Source: Basidiobolus meristosporus CBS 931.73
Taxonomy: Eukaryota; Fungi; Basidiobolomycota
Length of the DNA stretch: 64,000 nt
Reading direction: 5' to 3'
Assembly: GCA_002104905.1 (NCBI GenBank)
Contig: MCFE01000115.1
Span: 100,147 to 164,146 of the forward strand
Shown here: positions 46,831 through 58,091 of the stretch, in pieces
How positions within the stretch are numbered: position 1 is the stretch's first letter
Layout: the number at the start of each line of letters is the position of its first letter
The notes under the pieces: model-generated
Database searches by the model: none
What the model was told of the DNA's origin: nothing
What the model saw: only the letters and a program-made list of their open reading frames with translations
Translations under genes and position numbers: made by a program

Positions 46831-47297
46831 TTAATGTCTGTTTCCACTGAAATATCTAACTTTGAAGTGGCGACGAGCAGATCTCTTATACTTCTTGTAC
46901 CCACCTCTAAGCGCACGCGCTGCTGGCTGAGTGATGATAATTTGTGGCTGTTGCTGCTTGGGCTGGTACAGGGTTTGATCAATGACCTGCGCTTGGTCGA
47001 ACTGGTTTGAGTTGGACAAGGCATTGGCTTTACTGGAGGAATGGCCATTGATTTTGTCCAGCAAGGCTTGGGATGGTTGAAGATTGGAAATATCGAACCC
47101 TTGCAACCCAGAGAATCCTGGCTGCTCACCCGAAGTCTCGCTTGTCTGCATTGGCTCACTCATCTCCGAATCATCCCCCTCCTCAGTTGACGGCTGGTAT
47201 TCTTGACTGGGGGCCGAAGTGTCCTGATAACAAGCACCCTGTTGTTCGACGCATGGCTCATTGGTGAAGGCTACATGACTGGCTGGTGGAGTCTCAT
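46831..47297 (-). pseudogene. Family Y, copy 3 (signal-peptide region deleted)
   Basis: A deletion joins GTC ATG directly to TAG. Confidence 0.75.
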
Positions 47298-47439
47298 GCG
47301 AATTTTGCCGATTTATATCACCTCGATCCCACTCAATTAGGCTTCGTTCATAGCACTAGCTTTATACGAGCTAGATTGATTTAACCTTTGCTACTTTACC
47401 TCTTCGTACCAAGGCTACACAGTATAGGTTGCACTTCAA

Positions 47440-47760
47440 AGTGTGAGGAATGAGGGCGATCTGGTCAATGATATCCTTAATATCGTTCAAAATTCTCTCA
47501 GTTTTTGCAATAACTATCCGTGTTAGTGAGGACTTCGGTAATTTTTTACTAATGAGCTTGAGGGTTACCGTCCAGAAAGTCCAAGGTCATTGCGGTCAAT
47601 TTCAATGGGGTTTGGTACTCTTTTGTATCAGTGTAGTCCTGTGAGCTTAACATGCACTTTTGGTATCTTTATTCCATCTTTAAGGCAAGTATCTCTTACA
47701 ATAGTCCTGTCATTGCCTGGAAGGTATTGTCCTTTGGTAGTGCTGTTTTCTTGCTGTACA
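47440..47760 (-). mobile_element. Degenerate retrotransposon gag-like relic
   Basis: LDFLDGNPQAH**KITEVL...KN*ENFER resembles the gag pattern ...WW...W..F, with stops at the Trp positions. Confidence 0.45.
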
Positions 47761-48099
47761 CATGATTAAATATATTGCTGATCTGACCCTGCCGCAACTG
47801 GAGAGCAGCAACCACAGTCAAGCTTTGGGGCAGGCTTATTAAATTAACCAGTTATTACAAGAACCTAGGGTTGTTGCTGATTGGTGAATGATACGACTGT
47901 CATGGGGTGTACAGCACAGTACAGGCGAGAATAAATTGGTTAGTTTTTTGCCAAGAGTTGGGGATATTGAGTGGATAGTGCTTGGGATAGTTGAGGCTGC
48001 CTTGGAATTTCTTGTTGTAGTACACGCGTTTTCAATTAGTTATTTGTCAAGAAACAAGCCAAATGTGACTGTTCACTTTATTTGCGTTACGCTTTATCT

Positions 48100-48378
48100 A
48101 TGCTGCTACAATCGATAGCTTGGATGGCGATGCTTTCTTGCAAGACACATGCACTTATCTATTGCAAACTTTACCCTGCCACAGATGGAGTACAGCGTCG
48201 GATTAAGAGCTCAGCCACCGACTACCACGGTCATTCTTTTGGGCAGGTTGATTACATAACCTGTTATTTCAAGAACAGACTCATTGCTGATTGGTGCAAA
48301 TCCTTGTCACCAATGACCGGCATGGTGCATAGAGACGGTGCCGGCAAGAAGGAAATATTCATGGATGTGTTTAGCTAG
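48100..48378 (+). CDS. Putative small secreted protein (family E, single copy)
   Basis: Signal-like MLLQSIAWMAMLSCKTHA followed by a mature region with 3 Cys; no homologue recognised. Confidence 0.4.
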   Translation: MLLQSIAWMAMLSCKTHALIYCKLYPATDGVQRRIKSSATDYHGHSFGQVDYITCYFKNRLIADWCKSLSPMTGMVHRDGAGKKEIFMDVFS

Positions 48379-49478
48379 TACTGGTTTCCTCAGGTAATGT
48401 TGCAGATTTGGCCTCAACTGTAACCATTCATGATTTCTGGATCATTTCTCCAAGCTTGGCCTAAGACTCAGCACTTTATGTGGGAAGCCGCTATACTTAT
48501 TAAAAAAGAGCACATGAAGCAGCCAACACTAAGCCACCACCTGGACAAGGTGATATAAAGCAGCAGGCGTGGGCTTGTCAGTCTCAAGACTTATTGCACT
48601 CCACTTCCTCAGCCATGGTATCCGATCAAGAAGCCCGTTTGTATTCTGCCGATGTCAGAGAAGAAATTGCCAGAGCCAAGAGAGCTAACAACGGGAACTA
48701 CGCCTCAGTCACAGTCAAAGGGATTCGCTGGACTTGGAGAGGACCCGGAACTGGCGAGCTGTCCTTCAAGCAGATCCTCGAAGGGAGAAAGGGGACCGCC
48801 TGCGTGGATAGCCAGACATGGGTAATCTCGTAGGGTTTGGTTGGTGCCTACGTAGCCGGTGAACTCTTGGAGATGTTGCTGTTAAGGATATTTAGCTGAA
48901 GCATTGTGAAATAAATGAGTTCAAATCCGCGTTCCTTTGACCCAGCTGTATTATGCTCATTGCACTGTGAGCATCTAACATATGTGTGAACTGCTACTTT
49001 GATCAGATATACGTGTACAACTGCCGTGTACAGGCATCCGTTCCAGCAATCAGTATTGTGTTGCACGCTCCGCACTTCTGAAGACAATCCTTTTCTGTTG
49101 CGGTCAATATGATATGGCACCCCTGAGGTCTTTGCTTTTGCCTTAGTAGCGTTGGCTTCCTTTAGAAAAGGCTTTGTTTAATTTCTGTTACCAAACAACC
49201 TAGAACTCAACGTATATCCTAAATAACCTTGAGACCGTTAAGCATCTATCAGCCGGACGCCACTTTGAATCTGCAACAGCTATTGCGCTGATCTATGTAG
49301 GTGCTGAAGAAATCAACGTGTTTCTAAGCAGGAAAAATAGAATATCTAGAACTCTTATTTTGAGTACTCCTGCAGCCATATAGGTATATTGCTAGATTTG
49401 TTTTACCCTGATATCACGCAAATACTGTCTATTGGCAGTTTATGTATTTGGGAGCTTGCCTGTAGGTTAAGTGATCCT

Positions 49479-49541
49479 AATAGGGTGAATAGGGTGAATA
49501 GGGTGAATAGGGTGAATAGGGTGAATAGGTTGAATAGGGTG
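49479..49541. repeat. 9-bp tandem repeat (AATAGGGTG x7)
   Basis: Direct reading; the paralogous site at ~34128-34155 has only ~3 degenerate units. Confidence 0.9.
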
Positions 49542-49934
49542 AATAACCTTGCACAAGATTTGGTAATATGCTATCATGAAATTCACACACAAGTATTACT
49601 GTTGGAAGCACTAGTCTAGGTTGATGATTCTATAAACAGAATAGGAAGCATCAAACAGAAGCACTAAGACTAATTAGTGATTATAATGGGATCCCAGGCC
49701 CTGATCTTATGGGAATAAATAGTCACATACATCTACTAGTATATTCATACCTATTGTCCAGCATCCACCAGAGGTTTTTGACAGAGTAGCACTTTTATTT
49801 ATACCGTTGTAAATGATGTGTAGCATGTATGGTTAGAATACCCCAACATACACTGTTTACTTCTTTATCCAGCTACTTTGTATACTTGCATTATTTCTAG
49901 CATTTGACATTGAACGTAATAGATTTATTAACTA

Positions 49935-50129
49935 TCAGATACAGCATCTTTGGCCAGACTTGCATCCAGTGTCCCAGAACACGGATCTCCAACCGGTGGG
50001 GCAGCTACCGGAAACGCACAAGGAGCCTCTTGAGTTCCCTTGGGCTTGGCACGAGAGAGCATCTACGGAGCCGGAACTGGAGCTGGCCACAAGGAAGGCG
50101 ACCATCAAGGAGACTGCAAATTTCTTCAT
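49935..50129 (-). CDS. Beta-defensin-like secreted peptide D, copy 2
   Basis: MKKFAVSLMVAFLVASSSSGSVDA-LSCQAQGNSRGSLCVSGSCPTGWRSVFWDTGCKSGQRCCI. Confidence 0.8.
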   Translation of the reverse strand: MKKFAVSLMVAFLVASSSSGSVDALSCQAQGNSRGSLCVSGSCPTGWRSVFWDTGCKSGQRCCI

Positions 50130-51252
50130 TATTATTTTGATTGAGAGATTAGTGTGTGAATGATGTCTAGCAGCAAGGTTAGCGCAATATATAGGCGTCA
50201 TTTCCCCATTGTTGCACATACTTTTGTCAATAGTCGCTGTGGCTAGCTCTACGAATGGTTGTACAAGAGAAGAAGGTTACCTGGGTAATGTAAACCAGCT
50301 CAGAAGGCTACCTTGGTAATGTAAACCAGTTCCAGGAAATTATATGTATTGATGGCCAACATCAAAAGAGCAGTAGCATTGAAATGGTATTTCTCGTATG
50401 GCATAGTGTCACCTCTTTATTCAAACATATAAATGATGCGGCAATAATATGCAAAATCAAAGGTAGCAATCCTTGAACTGGGCTGCTCATCACATTTTGT
50501 GCCACACAGCTTTTGCCGTGCAATACACTCATCTACGAAGAATGTTCTAAATGCAGTACCACACGGCTGAAAGTAAGCCTTCCCTGTTATTTTCAAGTGT
50601 AGAACTACTTTGCCGATAGTTCAATAGATAATTTATTAGGTAGATACAACATCTTTGGTGTTCCGGAATATCAAACTTTGACCAATACCTGAAGGGCGCA
50701 AGTAGAGAGTGTCAACACAGCTGGCCTCAATAATGGCAGGTAAAGAGAGTTGTTACCTGTAAAGTAAACAAGTACTCTTGAAGCATGTGCAATATAGGTC
50801 ATTACGTACACTGCTAATTATCCTTCCTCTGTGCAAAGCACTCACTCAGCGGTTGTTGTGGCTAGGCAGTCTGTAACAATGGAATATGTAAACCAGCTCT
50901 ATACACGAATAACAATGTAATGGTTACATTCACTCTACTTATTGACAGTTATAGCAATCATGATATGCAGACTCCTAGGTAGCATTATTGCTTATACAAT
51001 GTAAATGATATAGAGCACTGTGGCGAACAACAGTAGATTAATCTAACGAGTTCAATAGATGGTTCCCAATACAGTTGCACATATTAAGCCCCAAAGATGA
51101 GACCAGTATATTTTGCTACACTATTGATTCCCATTATACTGCTATATAGTTGCTTCTTAAGCATTAATCTCCGTATATACAATACGGCTTGTCTCTAGCA
51201 TCTGCATTGTCATGTGTACGTTCCACATTGAACGTAATAGATTTATTAACTC

Positions 51253-51450
51253 TCAGATACAGCATCTCTGGCCGGACTTGCATCCGGTATCCCAGAATAC
51301 GGATCTCCAACCGGTGGGGCAGCCACCGGAAACGCACAAGGAGCCTCTTGAGTTCCCTTGGGCTTGGCACGAGAGCGCATCTACGGAGCCGGAACTGGAG
51401 CTGGCCACAAGAAAGGCGACCATCAGGGAGGCTGCAAACTTCTTCATCAT
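51253..51450 (-). CDS. Beta-defensin-like secreted peptide D, copy 3
   Basis: Same precursor as copy 2, with the variant CVSGGC. Confidence 0.8.
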   Translation of the reverse strand: MMKKFAASLMVAFLVASSSSGSVDALSCQAQGNSRGSLCVSGGCPTGWRSVFWDTGCKSGQRCCI

Positions 51451-52506
51451 TGTTTTGATTGAGAGCTTAGTGTGTGAATGATGTCTAGCAGCAGGGTTGG
51501 CTCAATATATAGGCGTTATTTCCACATTGTTGTACATACTTTTGTCAATAGTTGCTGTGGCTAGCTCTACGAATGATTGTACATGAGAAGAAGGTTACCT
51601 GGGTAATGTAAACCAGTTCCACAGAGCTGCAGCATTGAGATGATGTTAATACACAAAAATAAATTGGCAATCCATGAACCGGGTTGCTCATCAGACATGC
51701 TATTGTGTAGTGGTAGTTCTACACCAATAAAGCATCTTTGGCCTCTAACTGGAAAGTAAATCAAGACCTCAAGATGCATAGACAATCTCGATAATTACGT
51801 TTACTGTAACATGTACATTCCATGACTGTTGTGGCTAAGCAGTCTGTGACAACGGAATGAGTGTGGATACCATTTGAGACTTAAAGCGGTAATGATATTC
51901 AATCGAGATATGCAAAGTCCTAGGTAACACTGTCGCTTATAAAGTATAAATGAATCTTGATTTTTAAGCCCAGATGCTGCTATTTGCAATAACACGCAAG
52001 TATTTGATATAACTTTAGTGTTTGTAACGACTTGCATTGATTTTGCTACAAGTAAATATAGATATGAGATTGCTGTCCCACTTGGGAATTGAAATATGTT
52101 GTATTCTTTACAACGACTTACCCGATAATTCATTAGATAATTTATTAGGTAGATACAACATCTTTGGTGTTCCGGAATATCAAACTTTGACCAATGCCTG
52201 AAAGGCGCAAGTAGAGAGTGTCAACACAACTGGCCTCCATAATGGCAGGTAAGGAAAGTTGTAATATGTAAAGTAAGCAAGTCTTCTTGACGCATGAGCA
52301 ATATAGGACATCATGTACACTGTTACTTATCCTTCCTCTGTGCAAAACACTCACTCACATATAGAGGAGGCTAACATATTTTGCTACACTTTGGCTATAG
52401 TTACTGCTTGCTTCTTAAGCGCCAATCTCCGAATACTCTGTCCTGTTTCTAGCATCTGCATTATTGTGTGTAAATTCAACATTGAACATATTGGATTTAT
52501 TAACTC

Positions 52507-52704
52507 TCAGATACAGCATCTTTGGCCAGACTTGCATCCAGTATCCCAGAACACGGATCTCCAACCGGTGGGGCAGCTACCGGAAACGCACAAGGAGCCT
52601 CTTGAGTTCCCTTGGGCTTGGCACGAGAGAGCATCTACGGAGCCGGAACTGGAGCTGGCCACAAGGAAGGCGACCATCAAGGAGACTGCAAATTTCTTCA
52701 TCAT
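52507..52704 (-). CDS. Beta-defensin-like secreted peptide D, copy 4
   Basis: Mature peptide identical to copy 2. Confidence 0.8.
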   Translation of the reverse strand: MMKKFAVSLMVAFLVASSSSGSVDALSCQAQGNSRGSLCVSGSCPTGWRSVFWDTGCKSGQRCCI

Positions 52705-55700
52705 TGTTTTGATTGAGAGCTTAGTGTGTGAATGATGTCTAGCAGCAAGGTTAGCTCAATATATAGGCGTCATTTCCCCATTGTTGCACATACTTTCGTC
52801 GATAGTCGCTGTGGCTAGCTCTACAAATGGTTGTGCAAGAGAAGAAAGTTACCCGGGTAATGTAAACCAGCTCAGAAGGTTACCTGGGTAATGTAAACCA
52901 GTCCCACAAAGCTGCAGCATTATGGCATAGTGGTACAGAGTCAATGTGGTATTAATACACAAAATCAAAATCCATAAACCGGGTTGCTCTTCAGATATGC
53001 TATTGTGTAGTGGTAGTTCTACACCAATAAAGCAATTTTGGCCTCTAACGGGAAAGTAAATCAGGACCTCGAGATGCATAGCCAATGTTGATAATTACGT
53101 TTACTGTAGCATGTACATTCCATGGCTGTTGTGGCTAAGCAGTCTGTAACAATGGAATGAGAGTGAATACCGTTTGAGACTTAAAGCGGTAATGATATTC
53201 AATCAACATATGCAGGTAACACTGTCGCTTATAAAGTATAAATGATATATAATATTGTTGCACATGGTCTGCAATAAACACTTTTTAGCCGATGAATCTT
53301 GATTTTTAAATCTAGATGCCGCTATTTGCAATAACACGCAAGTGTTTGTTGGACTCTAGTATGACTGAGAAGGTAACACTCTTTGATTTTTCGTCACAAG
53401 TAAATATAGATGTGACTAAGTGGGATGCAATGGCTTTGTGGATAAGAAGCTTACTACTTTCCATTCATTAAAGTGGTGAAGTTTATCCGCAGCTTACATT
53501 AATAAGACTTTACCCGTGGAAATACACACTGAAGATTAAGATATTTACCATCTGGGCACTAACTGCCTGATCCTCTTCCCTCATATCCCGACATGTGCTT
53601 GTGCATACAAGTGCGTTGTTAGACTTTTAGGTAGCATTGGTATTGCCACTATTGCCCTACTTAGAGTTGAACCAAGAGTACTGGTGAAATGAGCAAAGTG
53701 CAATTTAATGAATCAATAAGTGCTGTTCATTGTCCTTGTCAAGCCATAACAAAATATTCGGTTAGGCCATCAATCCATTCAAGTTGTTCATGTCTCTAGA
53801 GCGGGTTAAGTCTTGGCATAGTGGTGGGCTGAGATGATAGACCCGAATGGAGGCTACATTCACTGCGTTGGTGGCAAGAAAACTGAGTATGTAACACCGC
53901 AGGTTTGTTCATTCATTTCAATGAAGCCTTTTTGGATGAGAAATAGAAGTACGATAACAGCCATGCATCCTCAATACTTCGGTGTATGCGTTGGTATGCC
54001 AGCCAAACTCCACACTTTCCATTGTAAGATGAGCTATGGGGAATCAAGTCGGCAATCTCCAGAATAACCGTGTCAAACACTCTTCTTCCGGATTGAGCGT
54101 TTTCTTTGGCGCATTTGTCTACCCATAGACCATGGTTACTGAGATGTGAGTGTAGTATACAACAATGCAAGGCATATTTTAAGAGAACACGTACGCTTTT
54201 GGACCTGACTTACCGGAGTAAGGATTTCACCTTTGAAACAGTGTCTGTGGTACTGGGGGATATGTGGTACTAGGGGATCGAGCTAGAAGCGAGATAAATA
54301 GATTGATGATTACAATGCCTCTCTGTACCCCCCCCCCCACTGGCCCTATGCCCCAGCACAGATAGCTATTGCCCGAAATCATTACGCAGGAGTGTCACCA
54401 TACAGTCATTCCTGAGGTATGTGAGTGTGGTATGGGTCTACTAAGGAACAGTAAAGGTAACTTAAAGCGATGGTAATGAATATTAAAGCATTGTAATAAA
54501 TAATCTCAATCCCATAACTCTTAGCCCCTTCATTTTATCTTTCGCTAAATTTGGATTTTCGAACAAATGAACAGTTGGGTAGAGTGGCGTCTATCTGTAG
54601 CTCAAGCTTCTGGAGAACTGGTTGGGTGAAGGCTTGAGTAGTGGGTCCCTGCTGATGATTTCGATCCATGTCGAGGGCGTTGTCCTCTGGAGCCTAGTGT
54701 TGGCATTGGCATCTTCAAGTAATTGTGAGGTGGCAAGGTTATTAAAGACTTGGGGAACGCGTGAGGCTGGCAACAGAGCAACGAAAACCAAGCGCACTGG
54801 AGCAGTCAGAGGTTGGCAAGTCTGAGTGGATGGTCACCAGTAGCCGCTACAATAAAGTTCGACTACCGACTTACTCTTTTCCGATTTTTATGCAAAGTTG
54901 TGTGCCCGCTTAAACATTCAGTTATGAATTTTGATTTTAAAGATCAGAAAACTGTAATCGTAATCAAACAAGTATGTCATTTTGCAAACAAAATTTTAAG
55001 TATTTTTCTTTTCTTTGCTTGCTGATTTTCAATATGAATATGTAGCGAGAGAGATTGGTATTTTGTTTTGATTTTTGAATGATATTTGGTTAACAACAAG
55101 CTGTCAGAATGTGCAGACCGTCCTCGCCAGGCTGTTGGAATAATCAACCGGCAAGTTCATCAACTGAACAGGTCCTAAGGTCCCGAAAGACCGATCGGCC
55201 ACTGTTCACACTTCCCTTTACGGACAGCGCACTACATCTCATCTACCAGCTTGGTATTAGTGTCTTTGTTGGGAAACAAAGACTGGGAATGTACTATATA
55301 CATAATCCTGTAAAGTACAGTCGTAACGATACCAAACGACAGATGACCCCTATTTATAGGAAAAAAATCGATAAAAATTTTCATTCATTTCGTGGCCAAA
55401 TCCCATAATATTGAAATCGACGAAAATAACAGTATTATATATACTACTCCGGACCAGATTAATTGACTATGAAATAACCAACTACGCAAGAACAGTGCCA
55501 TTCCTGTGTGCACGCTTCAAGCCCTTGCTTGAGAAATCGTAGTATGAGTCATTTTGCGTCTCACGAATAATGCAATCGTATGTTGACTTAAACCAAAAAT
55601 CACATTTACGGCAATTTAACCCCCAATATCGATACAACTATTTACAGATCGATGGAATGAGTACACAAACATTGAAACTGGCGCTAAATAGAGCTCACTG

Positions 55701-56003
55701 ACATCTTAAGGTAGGAGCCCACCAGTTCTCCAAATGCGGTAGTTGATACACAACGCTGATTGAGCTTCTCTACCCGGCTATGTTGCATGCACTATTTACC
55801 CTTGCACCAACCAAATGTAAAGTGTCCCTGTTCCTCCGGTGTGTGTCGTTGTGGGGTATTGCCAAATGTCGATTCTTTTTGGACTGGTACACCGTGTCTA
55901 CCGTGGATTGATAGTCTATGATACTGTGAGAGTAGGGTAGTCGCGCAAAGAGGGCTTATTTGTCTTGCATACTCAATATTCTCAGTTAAGGCTGATTTAT
56001 CTA

Positions 56004-56486
56004 TTAGGCGCAATTGTCAGCACAATGAGTGTATTGAATATTTTGTTCTTTCACACATTGTGTCTCTGTTACTGGGGTTGTGTACTGTATATCTTGGGTG
56101 GGCTGCATCAGAACGTAGGGAGAGAAAGAACTATAGTCCTTTTGCTTGGCATATTCTAATGCGTTGCCCCGACCCTCCAGTTTAAGACTGGGCCCTGCTT
56201 GATACTTGACATTGAAGCCCTGATTGCTGTTGGCATTAGCAATGTTCAGGCTATCTTGCTTTCTGGTCACGGTGGTGAAAACCTGACGCAATAACGGGGA
56301 TCGGACATTGGGTGTCTTAAAAACAGGCAAAACTCGAACGTTTTGGTAGCAATCGGTCGCATACTGTACACATGGTAAACTACGATAATGCACCCTTCTA
56401 TACTCGTGAGTGCATGGAGAAGAACAGCCGATCGGGGCAGCAACGGCAACTTGATTTGCGGCAAGGCCTACAGTAATAAAGCGCAT
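56004..56486 (-). CDS. Family X, copy 4 (shortened signal peptide; possibly a pseudogene)
   Basis: MRFITVGLAANQVAVAAPIGCSSPC...; frameshifted relative to the downstream homologous segment at 55792-56000. Confidence 0.5.
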   Translation of the reverse strand: MRFITVGLAANQVAVAAPIGCSSPCTHEYRRVHYRSLPCVQYATDCYQNVRVLPVFKTPNVRSPLLRQVFTTVTRKQDSLNIANANSNQGFNVKYQAGPSLKLEGRGNALEYAKQKDYSSFSPYVLMQPTQDIQYTTPVTETQCVKEQNIQYTHCADNCA

Positions 56487-56662
56487 GTGGAGCGAATAAC
56501 GTATTTGTGGCTGTTGTATAGCATACAATATGGGTTAGCTGGGAAATTTGCTATTATATATTTCATGATTAATCAGGTCATTACTCACATGATTATTATA
56601 GTTTTTGAGTACCATCAGTATTTTGCATTCCCTTCACTCGTTATTTTTTCAATTTTCTTCCA

Positions 56663-57214
56663 TTATTTTGGGGGACTCACCATGATTTTCTGGAGTATAC
56701 TAGTGCTAATTCTAGTATCTTTGAAGTGATGACGAGCAGATCTCTTATACTTGTTGTACCCCCCTCTGAGTGCACACGCTGCTGGCTCAGTGATGATAAT
56801 TTGTGGCTGTTGCTGCTTGGGCCGGTAGAGGGTTTGATCAATGACTTGCGCCTGATCGAACTGATTTGAGTTGGACAAGGCATTGGCTTTACTGGCAGAA
56901 TGGCCATTGATGTTGTCCAGTAAAGCTTGGGATGGTTGAAGATTGGAAATATCGAACCCTTGCAACCCAGAGAATCCTGGCTGCTCACCCGAAGTCTGGC
57001 TCGTTTGCATAGGCCCACTCATCTCCGAATTATCCGCCTCCTCAGTTGACGGCTGGTGTTCTTGACTGGGGGCCTAAGTGTCCTGATAACAAGCACTCAG
57101 TTGTTCGACGCATGGCTCATTGATGAAGGCTACCTGGGAGCCACCAAGTGGGGTAGCGGAGATTGCTTGCAGTGAAGCGATGGCGGAAACTAGCAAGAGG
57201 AAGGAAGGCTGCAT
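56663..57214 (-). pseudogene. Family Y, copy 4 (premature TAG at 57074-57076)
   Basis: Same nonsense codon as copy 2. Confidence 0.75.
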
Positions 57215-57433
57215 GACTGACTGGTGAAGTCATGCGGACTCTCTCGATCCCACACAATTAGCTTTATGTGAGCTAGATTGATTTAACCTGGGTGCCTCGC
57301 CGTTTGCTACTTCTCAAAAAATGTGAGCCAGTGCATACACGAAATAGTAATCAGCATTTAATTTCAACCAAGTGCTTTATAGTATAAAGCTAGCAGTAGA
57401 CAATGAGAATGTAGACGTTGGGAAGAGTGATGC

Positions 57434-58091
57434 TTAAAAGAGGGCACAGTAGTTCTTGGCGCAATTAGTGTTGTCAAAAACGCAGTCCGAGTCCTTGGTG
57501 CATGTCTGATACTCGGAGCCACTGCAAAAAGACTTTAACGTTAGTAAGAATGCAAACTTACTAAACCTTTGGATATTGTTGATGTAACACCACTCTGGTG
57601 CACTTTGCTACATATCCAATGCCAAACGAGATAATCCCTACTCCTCCATGGCACTGAATACCTTGTAAGTTACTGTTTCTGTACAGGAAATTCCATGGCA
57701 ACTTACCCTTCTCCAGCAGTAGCCTTTGTTACAGCCGCAAATATCCTTGCTGCCTTTTTGCTTAGTAATCCCACAGACGAGGTTTGAGCTTTTTGCTGTC
57801 TGCTCAAAGCGATCCAGGGCATCAAAAAATACGTCAAGAGCACGCTTTGCCACACTATTGCTCGGTGCTCCCAGGCTTTGAGTAAACTCCTGGATCATCT
57901 TCACACATTCCGCAAACCTCACTTCCTTACCAGCGGGAATGGCCCTGAGTGAGGATGGAAATTCTTCACTACATGCCTTTACGTCTTTATATAGCTCCAC
58001 ATACTCGGAGGTTGCCGTAATACTGGGCTGGTCGCGGTCAAGAGGAGCGGCAAAATAGGATGCCGGCTAAGAGGATATTTCTGAAAAGCAT
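57434..58091 (-). pseudogene. Family Z, copy in unit D (frameshift in the signal peptide, further deletions)
   Basis: Net 23-bp loss in the signal-coding region relative to 39453, plus several further deletions. Confidence 0.75.

Larger units (their letters stand above)
45930..54560. repeat. Segmental duplication unit C (sister of A; contains triplicated D genes)
   Basis: X3 and Y3 share their ends with X1 and Y1; 48550-49900 matches 33010-34560; 52900-54500 matches 34940-36120. Confidence 0.85.

Noticed and set aside
49900-52750. Regularly spaced repeats as a CRISPR-like array
   Set aside because: The units are ~1.3-kb gene duplications in eukaryotic DNA, with no short repeat-spacer structure and no cas genes.
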